A stretch of 64,000 nt of DNA from Bacteroidota bacterium (lineage in GTDB: Bacteria > Bacteroidota > Bacteroidia > Bacteroidales > CG2-30-32-10), in assembly GCA_013377115.1 (NCBI GenBank), contig JACAAW010000003.1, positions 7,325 through 71,324 on the forward strand. Reading direction: 5' to 3'. Shown here piece after piece: positions 54,201 through 63,619 of the stretch. The stretch's first letter is position 1. Every line of letters begins with the position of its first letter. The notes under the pieces were generated by a model. The model saw nothing but the letters and a program-made list of their open reading frames with translations. It did not search any database and was not told the origin of the DNA. Made by a program: the position numbers and the translations under genes.

Positions 54201-57200
54201 CCGTTTCAGATGCAATGTCAATTACAATAACTTCAGCTCCAACAGTAAATGCTGGAATTGATAAAAGCGTTTGTGCTAATAATTCTGCAGTTATTCTTGC
54301 TGGAAATATTGTTGGAGCAACCGGCGGTGTGTGGTCTGGAGGTTTGGGTACTTTTAGTCCTAATTCCAGTACTCTAAATGCAACTTACACTCCAAGTGGA
54401 GGAGAGGTTATTGCGGGAACTGTTACTTTGACTTTAACATCAACTGGAAATGGAACTTGTAATGCTGTTACTGATCAAATGGTAATTACAATAACACCTG
54501 CTCCAACAGCAAATGCTGGACTTGATCAGTCAGTTTGCTTTAATAATTCTGCAACAACTTTGGCAGGATCTGTGGTTGGTGCTACTGGAGGACAATGGTC
54601 GGGTGGTACTGGTGTTTTTAATCCCAGTAACACTGCCTTAAACGCAATTTATACCCCATCACTTGCTGAGAGAACTGCAGGAACAGCTACGCTTATTTTA
54701 ACAACCACAGGAAATGCTACTTGCAATCCAGTTACAGATCAAATGACAATTACAATTACACCAGCACCAATTGTAAATGCAGGTGCTGATAAAACAGTTT
54801 GTGCAAATAATCCAGCAACTACAATCAATGCAAGCATCACTGGGGCAACAGGTGGAATATGGACTGGAGGGACAGGGGCATTTAATCCTAGTAATACTGC
54901 TTTAAGTATTATTTATACTCCTTCGGCAGCAGAAATTTCGGCTGGATCAGTCACTCTAACTTTATCTTCAACTGGCAATGGGAATTGTAATTCTATTTCA
55001 GACCAAATGGTAATAACAATTACTCCATCTCCAATTGTAAATGCTGGAACTGACCGATCAGTTTGTGCTAATAATAATTCCGTTTTACTCGCTGGTTCTG
55101 TCACAGGAGCCACAGGAGGAACTTGGTCGGGTGGATTTGGAACCTTTTCACCAAATGCAAATACGCTAAATGCAACTTATACACCAAGTGCTTCCGAAAT
55201 AACTGCTGGAACTTTAACTTTAACATTGACTTCCACAGGAAATGGCAATTGTAATTCTGTTTCAGATCAAATGATAATTTCTATAACTCCGGCACCAATT
55301 GTAAATGCAGGAGTAAATCAAACTGTATGTTATAATAATCCTGCAGTAACTTTAAATGGAACCATTTCTGGAGCAACAGGTGGAACATGGTCTGGAGGAA
55401 GCGGCAGTTATAGCCCTAATGCGAATACTTTAAATGCAATTTATACACCCACAGTTGCTGAAAGAACAGCTGGTTCTGTGACGCTTACTTTATCCTCAAC
55501 TGGAAACGGTAATTGTAATTCTGTTTCTGACCAAATGACCATCACAATTACTCCAGCTCCAACAGCTAGTGCTGGAATTGATAAATTGGTTTGTGCAAAT
55601 AACCCAGCGGTTACCATTAATGGAAATGTTAGTACTGCAACTGGAGGTCAGTGGACTGGAGGAACTGGGTCTTATAATCCTGCAAATACTGCTCTAAGTA
55701 TTATTTATACACCATCAGCTGGCGAAATTTCAGCTGGCACAGTAACGTTAACCCTAACAACCACAGGGAATGGAAATTGTGCTGCTGTTTCAGATGCTGT
55801 TGTAATTACTATCACACCTTCTCCAATTGTTAATGCCGGTCTTGATAGAGTTGTATGTGCTAACAACGCATCAGTTGTTTTAGCTGGAACTGTCAGTGGT
55901 GCAACGGGAGGATTGTGGTCTGGTGGATTAGGAACTTTTAGTCCGGATGCTACAAATTTAAATGCTACATATACTCCAAGTGCAGGTGAAATTGCAGCAG
56001 GTTTTGTAACATTAACGCTATCATCGACTGGCAATGGTACTTGTAATCCAGTCTCTGATCAAATGACGATTACAATTACTCCTGGTCCAACAGCAAATGC
56101 TGGGACAGACATTACTGTTGGAGCCAATAATCCAAATGCTTCATTAAATGGTACAATCGCAATTTCTTCAGGTGGAACTTGGTCAGGTGGGACAGGAACC
56201 TATATGCCAAATGCAAATACACTTAATGCAATATATACTCCATCCGCAGCTGAAATAACCCTTGGAGGATTGGATTTAACATTAACTTCCACTGGAAATG
56301 GAAGTTGCAGTCCTGTGAGTGATATTGTTCATATTACTATTACAGCCGCCCCAGTAGTTAATGCCGGGATCAATCAAACATCATGTGCAAATAATACTTC
56401 TGTAACTCTAAATGGTACCGTTTCTGGGGCTACAGGAGGAATTTGGTCCGGAGGAACAGGCGTTTTCGTTCCAAATAATACGACATTGAATGCCGTTTAT
56501 TCGCCTTCTGCAGCTGAAATTGCGGCAGGGACGGTAACTCTTACATTAACTTCAACTGGAAACGGACCTTGTATTCCTGTTATTGACCAAATGATAATTA
56601 CAATTACTTCATCTCCGATTGCAAATGCAGGAATAGACAGAACTGTTTGTAGCAATAATGCTACAATTCTATTGGCTGGCTCTGTTATTGGTGCTACAGG
56701 TGGACAATGGACAGGTGGACTTGGTTTTTATAATCCAAACGGCTTAACCTTAAATGCAAGTTATACTCCAACCTTAAGTGAAATTTCCGCTGGTAGCTTA
56801 ACACTTACTCTAACAACTACTGGGAATGGTTCTTGTGCGGCTGTTACTGATCAAATGACCATTACTTTTACACCATCTCCAACTTCAAATGCCAATTCCG
56901 ATCAATCTGTTTGTGGTAACAATTCTTCAGTTTCCTTAAATGGTTCGATTTCAGTGGCTACTGGTGGGCATTGGTCTGGTGGATCTGGAACATTTGCGCC
57001 CAATTCAAATGCTTTAAATGCTGTTTATACACCAACTGCTGGTGAAATTGCAACTGGCTTAGTAACTTTAACACTTACAACAACTGGAAATGGCTCTTGT
57101 AATGCTGTTGGCGACAATATGATTATTACAATAAATCCTGCACCTATTGTAAATGCTGGATCAAATCAGAATAGTTGTGTAAATAATCCAAGTGTCACTT

Positions 57201-60200
57201 TAAATGGTTCAGTGCTAAATGCTGGTGGAGGTCAATGGTCAGGGACCACTGGTACTTATAATCCAGGAAATACGACAATGAATTCCATTTATACACCTTC
57301 TCCTGCAGAAATTGCAGCAGGGTCTGTGACAATTACTCTAACGTCCACTGGAAATGGAAGTTGTCTGGCAGTCACGGATCAAATGACAATAAATATTGGT
57401 CCTGCTCCAATTGTTAATGCTGGTCCTGACCAAACAATGTGTGCAAATAATTTTAATATTCAGCTTAATGGCTCTGTTGTGAGCGCAACAGGAGGTCAAT
57501 GGACTGGTGGACTTGGATTGTTTACACCAAATAACAATGCCTTAAATGCCGTTTATACTCCAACCATGGGGGAAATAGCTTCAGGAACATTGACTTTAGT
57601 TTTAACCTCTACTGGAAATGGTACTTGTAATTCTGTTTCAGACAATATGCTAATTAGTTTTACTCCTGCGCCAACAGTTAGTGCAGGTCCTGATCAAATT
57701 ACATGTGCTAATATTCCTACAATTTCGCTAAATGGAGCAATTACAATTGCCACAGGAGGAGCTTGGACAGGAGGAAATGGAACATTTATTCCAAACAATC
57801 TTTCTTTAAATGCTACTTATACTCCTTCAGCAACCGAAATTGCATTAGGAACAGTAACTTTAACCCTGACTTCAACAGGTAATGGAAATTGTATTCCAGT
57901 TAGTGACCAAATGACACTCATAATAAGTAATGCACCTATTGTAAATGCTGGTCCTGACCTTACATCTTGCGCGAATAATCCTACGGTTACTCTCAATGGG
58001 AACTATATTTATGCTGGTGGTGCAATCTGGTCGGGAGGAACAGGAACCTATAATCCAAATAATACAACTTTAAATGCAAATTATACTCCTTCTGCTGCTG
58101 AAGTGGCTGCAGGAACAGTTTCATTAACATTAACAACCACAGGAAATGGAAGTTGTAATCCTTCATCAGACATTATTACGATTACAATAAATCCTGCACC
58201 TATTGTAAATGCTGGAATTGATCTAATTGCTTGTGGTAATAACCCAACATTAACATTAAATGGTTCTATAGTTGGAGCGGCAGGAGCAGCTTGGTCAGGT
58301 GGATTAGGTTCGTTTTTACCAAATAACTCTGTATTGAATGCCACATATACTCCAACGGCAGCCGAAATTTCAGCTGGTAGTGTTGCTTTGATTCTTACTT
58401 CTACAGGAAATGGAACTTGTAATGCAGTTTCAGATCAAATGGTTATTACCTATACACCAAGTCCGGTTGCAAATGCTGGAGTTAATCAATCAATTTGTTC
58501 AAATAATCCGGTTGTTACATTAGCTGGTTCTTATTCTGTTAGTTCTGGAATAGTTTGGTCTGGTGGATTAGGCACATTTACCCCAAATAACTTGAGTGTA
58601 AATCCAACTTATTCACCCACAGCTGCTGAGATTTTAAATGGAAGTGTTGTTCTTACACTTACAACAACTGGAAATGGGACCTGTTTAGCTGTTAGCGATC
58701 CAATGACTATCACATATACTCAATCACCAACAGTTAATGCTGGTTTGGATCAAACCACTTGCGTCGACCAATTAAATATTTTACTATCAGGTAATGTTTT
58801 TGGTCCAACAACGACTGGAGTATGGACGAGTAGTGGAACTGGTACATTTATTCCAAATAATACAACATTAAATGCCACTTATCATGCAAGTTCATTGGAT
58901 TCACTCAACGGAAGTGTAATTATTAAACTTACTTCAACTGGAAATGGAACTTGTATAGCTGTAAAAGACAGTATTTTGATTACAATTTTGCCTGCTGGAA
59001 TTGCAAATGCTGGTGCTGATCAAATCGTTTGTGCAAATAATGCCAATGTTTTTCTTAATGGCGCTGTCAGTGGTGGTGCATTAAATGGCTTATGGTCAAC
59101 TTCAGGTTCCGGAACATTTGTTCCAAGTGCGAATGTATTAAATCCAATGTATGTTCCAAGTCAGTTAGATACATCTATAGGAACTGTTACATTAACATTG
59201 CAAGCAATAAGTTGCAATAACGCTACCGATAATTTAATATTAACAATAACTCCGGCTCCTATTGTAGATGCCGGACCTGATCAAACTACTTGTGTAAGCA
59301 ATTTGAATATTCAATTAAATGGAATTGTTCATGGTGGAACTTCAACAGGGATTTGGTCATCATCGGGAACAGGAATTTTTACTCCTAGCAATACAAGTTT
59401 TAATGCCATTTATCATGCAAGTCCGGCAGATTCAATTTCTGGAAATGTCATGCTTATTTTAAATTCTACAAATAATGGAACCTGTTTTGGAGTTTCGGAT
59501 ACAATGCTTATTCATATTCTTCAAGCAGGATTGGTAAATGCTGGCCCAGATCAAATTCATTGCTCAAATAATGCAATTGTAAATTTGGCAGGTAATATCA
59601 GTGGCGGTGCAACAACAGGAATTTGGTCTAGTTCTGGAACTGGAATTTTTAATCCAAATAATACCACTTTAAATGCGACTTATATTCCAAGTGCTGCAGA
59701 CACAGCAATCGGTATTGTTAATTTTGTTCTAAGTGCCACCAATAGTTGCAATGTTGCATTCGATGTAATGCAATTAACGCTAACCACAGCACCTTATGTT
59801 GATGCGGGACCAAATGTTACGGTTTGTGGAAATAATGCTGATGTGGCTTTGTCAGGACTTGTAACAATTGCAACTGGTGGAATTTGGTCTTCTTCAGGAA
59901 CTGGAACTTTCTTACCAAACAATACTTCATTGGTTACAAATTATACTCCAAGCGCGGCAGATGTTGCGAATGGATCAGTTGTAATATACCTTCTTTCCAC
60001 AAATAATGGAAGTTGCAATGCCTCAACAGACTCAATGATCATCACAATTAATCCTTCACCTGTTGTAAATGCTGGTATCGATGAAACAGTTTGTTCTATG
60101 GCATCATCAACTAATATTTTTGGGTTTGTAAATGGTGGCGGAAATACTGGTGAATGGAGTACTCTGGGAACAGGAACATTCGTTCTTCCAATTTCCAATT

Positions 60201-62365
60201 TTACAAACGAATACATTTTTAGTTCAGCAGATACCGCCAATGGATTTGTTGATTTGGTGCTGACGTCAACAAACAATGGAACTTGTATTGGTAATGCCGA
60301 TACTGTGAGAATTACTTTTGGAAATTCAGTTTTTGCCTATGCAGGAATGGATCAAACGGTTTGTGAAGGAGTTCCAACAGTTACTTTAAATGGAATCGTC
60401 ACTGGTGGCTCATCAACCGGAGATTGGTCAAGTTTGGGAACAGGAACATTTATTCCTGATAATCAAACATTAAATGCGGTTTACCAGTTTAGCTCTATTG
60501 ATTCGATTCTTGGTTATGCGCAAATTGTGCTCACATCAACCAATAACGGAAGTTGTAATGCCGGTACTGACACTGTTTTAATAAGTATTCAAAGAAAGCC
60601 AATTGTAAATGCTGGTGCAGATATTCAAATTTGTTTAGGCGTTCCTTCAGTAAATTTAACTGGAACTTTCTCTAACACATCTTCAATACAATGGACCAGT
60701 TCAGGAACAGGAACTTTCCTTCCTAATGATTCTTCTGCAAACGTTTCTTATGTATTCAGTGTAGCTGATTCAATTGCTGGAAATGTGGATTTATACTTAA
60801 CATCTACAGGAACTACATTGTGTTCACAAACAAGAGATACCGTAAATATCCAAATGTTTGTACCCGTAATTGTTGATTTTACATATTCACAGGCATGTGA
60901 GGGCGTTTCAATAAATTTCAATGATAATTCAACTGTCAATCAAGGTTCTATTACAAGCTGGCAATGGGATTTTGGTGGAGGAAATATCTATAATGCACAA
61001 GATACTTCATTTACATTTCTAAATTCAGGAACTTTCCCAGTAACATTAACGGCGACTTCAAGTTTAGGCTGTTCATTTGTAATTACCAAAAATGTGGTAA
61101 TTAATCCTGTTCCGGTGGTTAATTTTGGAAATACTTCAAGTTGTTACAAAGATTTGATTTCATTTACAGATTCAACAACCATAAGCTCTGGAAGTATTTC
61201 AACTTGGGATTGGAGTTTCGGAAACGGAAATACAAGTAATGTTCAAAATCCTCAAAATTTGTATCCATCTTCAGGAACTTATAATGTGAGTTTGACTGTT
61301 GTTAGTAACAATGGATGTTCCGCTATTTCAACACATCAGGTTGATGTTTATGCCATTCCAGTTGCAAATTTTGGATATACTTATAATTGTGCAAATATGA
61401 CGGTATTATTCTCTGATAGTTCAACTTCTCAGGTATTACCAATCAATTCATGGAATTGGAATTTTGGAGATGGAAATAACTCCGGAAGTCAAAATCCGAG
61501 TCATATTTATCCAGTTCAGGGAAGTTATAATGTGCAGTTGATTGCAGGATATTCAATAAATTGTTCGGATACTTTAGTTCAAACAATTAATTTGAATCAA
61601 ATTACAGCAAGTTTTTCCGTTTCAAATGCATGTATGAGAGATTCTGTTCATTTTACTGACAATTCTAATTTCAATGGTTCAACAAACAATTCGTGGAATT
61701 GGACTTTTGGAAATGGCGATAATTCAAATCTTTCAAATCCAAATAGTTTTTATTCTACTGAAGGTATTTATCAGGTAAGCTTGATAATTTCCACAGCACA
61801 AGGATGCACCGATACAGCTACACAAGCAATTTCAATTTATCCACGTCCAATTGCTGGGTTTACCATCAATAATACTTTATTCCAAACGGGATTACCAATG
61901 GAGTTTGTTGATGCTTCAACTGGGGCTCAAAACTGGCAATGGGATTTTGGTGGAGCTGGAAATTCAACTCTTCAAAATCCAGAATTTACTTTCAATTCGG
62001 AAGGAACCTATACCGTAATTCAAGTGGTTTCAAACCAATACAATTGCACAGATACAGCTAGGACTGATATTGTTATTTTAAATAATGATATTTTCCCACC
62101 AAAAGTTCCAACTGGATTTACTCCAAATGCTGATGGAAGCAATGATATTCTTTTTGTTCGAGGAGGACCATTTACGAGTCTTCATTTCAGAGTTTTTGAT
62201 CAATGGGGTTTGATGATTTTCGAAACAAATGATCCTATTATTGGTTGGGATGGAAAATACAAAAACGTTGATCAGCCCATTGGGGTTTATGTTTGGACGG
62301 TTGAAGCGGTTACAATTGACGGTCAGTCGTATAAGAAATCTGGTGATGTAACTTTATTAAGATAA
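51269..62365 (+). CDS. Giant (3698 aa) cell-surface adhesin: IgGFc-binding-like N-domain, 31 x 88-aa units, ~5 PKD domains, type B T9SS C-terminal domain
   Basis: Signal peptide 'MKKIYTAILFVTFLINGALAQ'. 'GTEFWFAAPE' plus 'VLSDKPIAITV' and 'DLIGDQIVPV' are IgGFc_binding-N-like. The PKD modules contain '...F.D.S......W.WDFG(D/N)G...'. The CTD is 'PTGFTPNADGSNDILFVRGG....HFRVFDQWGLMIFET...IGWDGKYKN...PIGVYVW.V......G....KSGDVTLLR'. Confidence 0.9.
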   Translation: MKKIYTAILFVTFLINGALAQTGTEFWFAAPEVTSGHNDGGPTLRFTNTTAVAGTVTVTQPANAAFITTPNPIPIPANGTVSLVLDAGSNNFKTLIENTPTNTVLDKGLLITSTVAITAYYEVDNSNNNEIFALKGANGLGTEFYIPMSLNSPTTNTMFNHTPLTPNALSTFDIVATQNGTTIQIFSHVAVDGYAANVPFTKTLNRGQTYSCGFSGTNFQNPSNQPAGAVVLSDKPIAITVKEDSKQYNGQGCYDLIGDQIVPVNIVGTDYIVIKGQLNATAGESFFVLATQNNTNVYVNGVAAPVTTLFAGQTYFQDNITLPRYYIHTDKPVYCTQVTGFGCELGSALLPPLNCAGSHSVSFVRSTTEAFYLNIMVKAGNQGNFTLTGGSNPLCITAADFAVVPGTGGQWVSTYGKTFSLAEVPQGVAMKLTNSTDVFGMGLINGAAASGCRYGFFSEFAAQIIVDAGPNQTICGNTTATLNGSVTGGATTGIWTSSGSGTFSPNATALNAVYTPSNLDTLAGTVTLTLTSTSTCFPVSDQIVLTITDAPRANAGTDASVCINNPNYTLNGHVLVALGGQWSGGGGTFSPSNTTLNAVYIPTVAELTAGSVTLTLTTILNGTCNAVSDIVVLTYTNSPTSNAGPDFSVCANNPAATLSGSVAIATGGIWSGGSGTYNPNNSTLNAIYTPSAAEIAAGTVTLTLTTTGNGTCIAATDQVVITITPAPTANAGLDRIVCANNASLNLAGGVTIATGGVWSGGLGLYAPNNTTLNATYTPTALEILNGTLNLTLTTSGNGTCTAVNDVMTITIGPAPIANAGIDQSVCANNSNVTLAGSVVGATGGQWSGGTGTYNPNNSALNAVYNPSAAERTAGIATLILTTTGNGSCNAVTDQMTITITPSPVVNAGVDKTVCANNSATSITGTITGASGGIWSGGAGAYNPSNTALNVIYTPTAGEIAAGTVNLTLTSTGNGNCNAVSDAMSITITSAPTVNAGIDKSVCANNSAVILAGNIVGATGGVWSGGLGTFSPNSSTLNATYTPSGGEVIAGTVTLTLTSTGNGTCNAVTDQMVITITPAPTANAGLDQSVCFNNSATTLAGSVVGATGGQWSGGTGVFNPSNTALNAIYTPSLAERTAGTATLILTTTGNATCNPVTDQMTITITPAPIVNAGADKTVCANNPATTINASITGATGGIWTGGTGAFNPSNTALSIIYTPSAAEISAGSVTLTLSSTGNGNCNSISDQMVITITPSPIVNAGTDRSVCANNNSVLLAGSVTGATGGTWSGGFGTFSPNANTLNATYTPSASEITAGTLTLTLTSTGNGNCNSVSDQMIISITPAPIVNAGVNQTVCYNNPAVTLNGTISGATGGTWSGGSGSYSPNANTLNAIYTPTVAERTAGSVTLTLSSTGNGNCNSVSDQMTITITPAPTASAGIDKLVCANNPAVTINGNVSTATGGQWTGGTGSYNPANTALSIIYTPSAGEISAGTVTLTLTTTGNGNCAAVSDAVVITITPSPIVNAGLDRVVCANNASVVLAGTVSGATGGLWSGGLGTFSPDATNLNATYTPSAGEIAAGFVTLTLSSTGNGTCNPVSDQMTITITPGPTANAGTDITVGANNPNASLNGTIAISSGGTWSGGTGTYMPNANTLNAIYTPSAAEITLGGLDLTLTSTGNGSCSPVSDIVHITITAAPVVNAGINQTSCANNTSVTLNGTVSGATGGIWSGGTGVFVPNNTTLNAVYSPSAAEIAAGTVTLTLTSTGNGPCIPVIDQMIITITSSPIANAGIDRTVCSNNATILLAGSVIGATGGQWTGGLGFYNPNGLTLNASYTPTLSEISAGSLTLTLTTTGNGSCAAVTDQMTITFTPSPTSNANSDQSVCGNNSSVSLNGSISVATGGHWSGGSGTFAPNSNALNAVYTPTAGEIATGLVTLTLTTTGNGSCNAVGDNMIITINPAPIVNAGSNQNSCVNNPSVTLNGSVLNAGGGQWSGTTGTYNPGNTTMNSIYTPSPAEIAAGSVTITLTSTGNGSCLAVTDQMTINIGPAPIVNAGPDQTMCANNFNIQLNGSVVSATGGQWTGGLGLFTPNNNALNAVYTPTMGEIASGTLTLVLTSTGNGTCNSVSDNMLISFTPAPTVSAGPDQITCANIPTISLNGAITIATGGAWTGGNGTFIPNNLSLNATYTPSATEIALGTVTLTLTSTGNGNCIPVSDQMTLIISNAPIVNAGPDLTSCANNPTVTLNGNYIYAGGAIWSGGTGTYNPNNTTLNANYTPSAAEVAAGTVSLTLTTTGNGSCNPSSDIITITINPAPIVNAGIDLIACGNNPTLTLNGSIVGAAGAAWSGGLGSFLPNNSVLNATYTPTAAEISAGSVALILTSTGNGTCNAVSDQMVITYTPSPVANAGVNQSICSNNPVVTLAGSYSVSSGIVWSGGLGTFTPNNLSVNPTYSPTAAEILNGSVVLTLTTTGNGTCLAVSDPMTITYTQSPTVNAGLDQTTCVDQLNILLSGNVFGPTTTGVWTSSGTGTFIPNNTTLNATYHASSLDSLNGSVIIKLTSTGNGTCIAVKDSILITILPAGIANAGADQIVCANNANVFLNGAVSGGALNGLWSTSGSGTFVPSANVLNPMYVPSQLDTSIGTVTLTLQAISCNNATDNLILTITPAPIVDAGPDQTTCVSNLNIQLNGIVHGGTSTGIWSSSGTGIFTPSNTSFNAIYHASPADSISGNVMLILNSTNNGTCFGVSDTMLIHILQAGLVNAGPDQIHCSNNAIVNLAGNISGGATTGIWSSSGTGIFNPNNTTLNATYIPSAADTAIGIVNFVLSATNSCNVAFDVMQLTLTTAPYVDAGPNVTVCGNNADVALSGLVTIATGGIWSSSGTGTFLPNNTSLVTNYTPSAADVANGSVVIYLLSTNNGSCNASTDSMIITINPSPVVNAGIDETVCSMASSTNIFGFVNGGGNTGEWSTLGTGTFVLPISNFTNEYIFSSADTANGFVDLVLTSTNNGTCIGNADTVRITFGNSVFAYAGMDQTVCEGVPTVTLNGIVTGGSSTGDWSSLGTGTFIPDNQTLNAVYQFSSIDSILGYAQIVLTSTNNGSCNAGTDTVLISIQRKPIVNAGADIQICLGVPSVNLTGTFSNTSSIQWTSSGTGTFLPNDSSANVSYVFSVADSIAGNVDLYLTSTGTTLCSQTRDTVNIQMFVPVIVDFTYSQACEGVSINFNDNSTVNQGSITSWQWDFGGGNIYNAQDTSFTFLNSGTFPVTLTATSSLGCSFVITKNVVINPVPVVNFGNTSSCYKDLISFTDSTTISSGSISTWDWSFGNGNTSNVQNPQNLYPSSGTYNVSLTVVSNNGCSAISTHQVDVYAIPVANFGYTYNCANMTVLFSDSSTSQVLPINSWNWNFGDGNNSGSQNPSHIYPVQGSYNVQLIAGYSINCSDTLVQTINLNQITASFSVSNACMRDSVHFTDNSNFNGSTNNSWNWTFGNGDNSNLSNPNSFYSTEGIYQVSLIISTAQGCTDTATQAISIYPRPIAGFTINNTLFQTGLPMEFVDASTGAQNWQWDFGGAGNSTLQNPEFTFNSEGTYTVIQVVSNQYNCTDTARTDIVILNNDIFPPKVPTGFTPNADGSNDILFVRGGPFTSLHFRVFDQWGLMIFETNDPIIGWDGKYKNVDQPIGVYVWTVEAVTIDGQSYKKSGDVTLLR
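52661..60850 (+). repeat. 31 in-frame tandem units of 264 bp (88 aa); units 5-13 form a 3-unit (792 bp) higher-order repeat
   Basis: Counted 31 '(N/D/S/Y)A(G/N).(D/N)...C' anchors. The consensus is 'NAG.D..VCANN....L.G.V.GATGG.WSGG.G.F.PN...LNA.YTPS..EIAAG.VTLTLT.TGNG.CN.V.DQM.ITITP.P'. Confidence 0.85.
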
Positions 62366-62383
62366 CAATAAAAAATAAAACAC

Positions 62384-63382
62384 ATGAAAACTCAAATTGT
62401 AAAAATAGCAATCTTTGGATTTATTGTTTTCTTAATGAGCAATAAAATTCTAAAAGCACAGGATTCTCACATGTCGCAATACGATGCCATGCCGGTATTG
62501 CTAAATCCGGCTATGACTGGAGTTTTAACCCAGAACAGCATCAGGGCAGGAGCTCAGTTTCGAAGCCAGTGGGGAGCATTGGCCAGCAATATTACATCAA
62601 CAGCTTTAGTTGTGGATGCGCCACTAAAAGAACGCTGGGGCGTTGGTGGCTATTTGCTGAATAATCAAATGTCGAAATATTTTAATGTTTTTAATTTCGT
62701 TTTGTCGGGCGCATACAAAATTACCAAAACCGACCAAAAGAAACATTTGTTAACGGTTGGTTTGCAAGGTGGCCTTATTTATAAGGACGTTAAAGACAAT
62801 AAATTAGTTTTCGACAATCAATATTCGAATGGAAACTTTGATCCAGATTTACCTTCTGGTGAGAGTTTTTCTCGAAGTTCGGTATTATTACCAGAGTTAA
62901 ATTATGGTCTTTTTTATGGTTTTACTGACCCAGACAAAAAGATTCACCCATATCTGGGATTTTCATTGTTTCACATCACAACGCCAAACGAATCATTTAC
63001 AAATTCTGTGAAATCGAGATTACCCAGAAAATGGGTTTTGCATGGAGGCTGTAATGTGAATATTACCGATGATTTTATTATTGAACCAAAAGGCGTTTAT
63101 ATGCGACAATTGAATGTTCAGGAAATTGAAGCAGGTATGAATTTGAATTACAATTTCAAAGAATCTCAAATTATACTGATGGCTGGGGGATTTTATAGAG
63201 TAAAAGATGCAGCCATAATCCAAATAGGCGTAAATTATAGAAATTTGGTTTATAAAATGAGCTACGATATCAATACTTCCAGTCTGAAAACGTACAGCGA
63301 AAAAAGGGGAGGACTCGAGTTTTCTATTGTATTCAATGGATTGGGCGATAAGAAAAATAAAATAAGACCGATGAATTTTTAG
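62384..63382 (+). CDS. PorP/SprF-family type IX secretion system membrane protein (cognate of the 3698-aa adhesin)
   Basis: 'AQDSHMSQYDAMPVLLNPAMTG' and 'YKMSYDINTSSLKTYSEKRGGLEFSIVF' are paralogous to the protein at 48475. The start is 18 nt after the adhesin stop. Confidence 0.85.
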   Translation: MKTQIVKIAIFGFIVFLMSNKILKAQDSHMSQYDAMPVLLNPAMTGVLTQNSIRAGAQFRSQWGALASNITSTALVVDAPLKERWGVGGYLLNNQMSKYFNVFNFVLSGAYKITKTDQKKHLLTVGLQGGLIYKDVKDNKLVFDNQYSNGNFDPDLPSGESFSRSSVLLPELNYGLFYGFTDPDKKIHPYLGFSLFHITTPNESFTNSVKSRLPRKWVLHGGCNVNITDDFIIEPKGVYMRQLNVQEIEAGMNLNYNFKESQIILMAGGFYRVKDAAIIQIGVNYRNLVYKMSYDINTSSLKTYSEKRGGLEFSIVFNGLGDKKNKIRPMNF

Positions 63383-63395
63383 GAATTCTAATCTC

Positions 63396-63437
63396 AAAAA
63401 AAGCTCATTCATAAATAATTTGAATGAGCTTTTTTTT
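63396..63437 (+). terminator. Rho-independent terminator after the adhesin/PorP pair
   Basis: 11-bp stem AAGCTCATTCA (63401-63411) / TGAATGAGCTT (63421-63431), followed by a T-run. Confidence 0.75.
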
Positions 63438-63619
63438 ATGGAATAAGCCAAAAAAAATCGTAAAATATTAAAGTTTGTTTGGAGCAAACAGAAAAAAAAT
63501 GTAATTTTGAATATAATGAGGTTGAAAACAATTAAATTAAAGTGCGAAGTATTGAACCTCAGTAAACTAAAAACTTATTTACAGCTAAAATTAATTTATT
63601 AACTTAAAAACAATTAAAC

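Noticed and set aside
53763-60939. Series of 60-110-aa minus-strand ORFs inside the 3698-aa adhesin gene (e.g. 53857-54093, 54913-55113, 55705-56034, 58081-58344, 59941-60276)
   Set aside because: They recur with the 264-bp repeat period and have low-complexity translations such as '...TIGDGVIVI...'. They are antisense shadows of a stop-poor repetitive coding frame, with no independent start context or promoter box.
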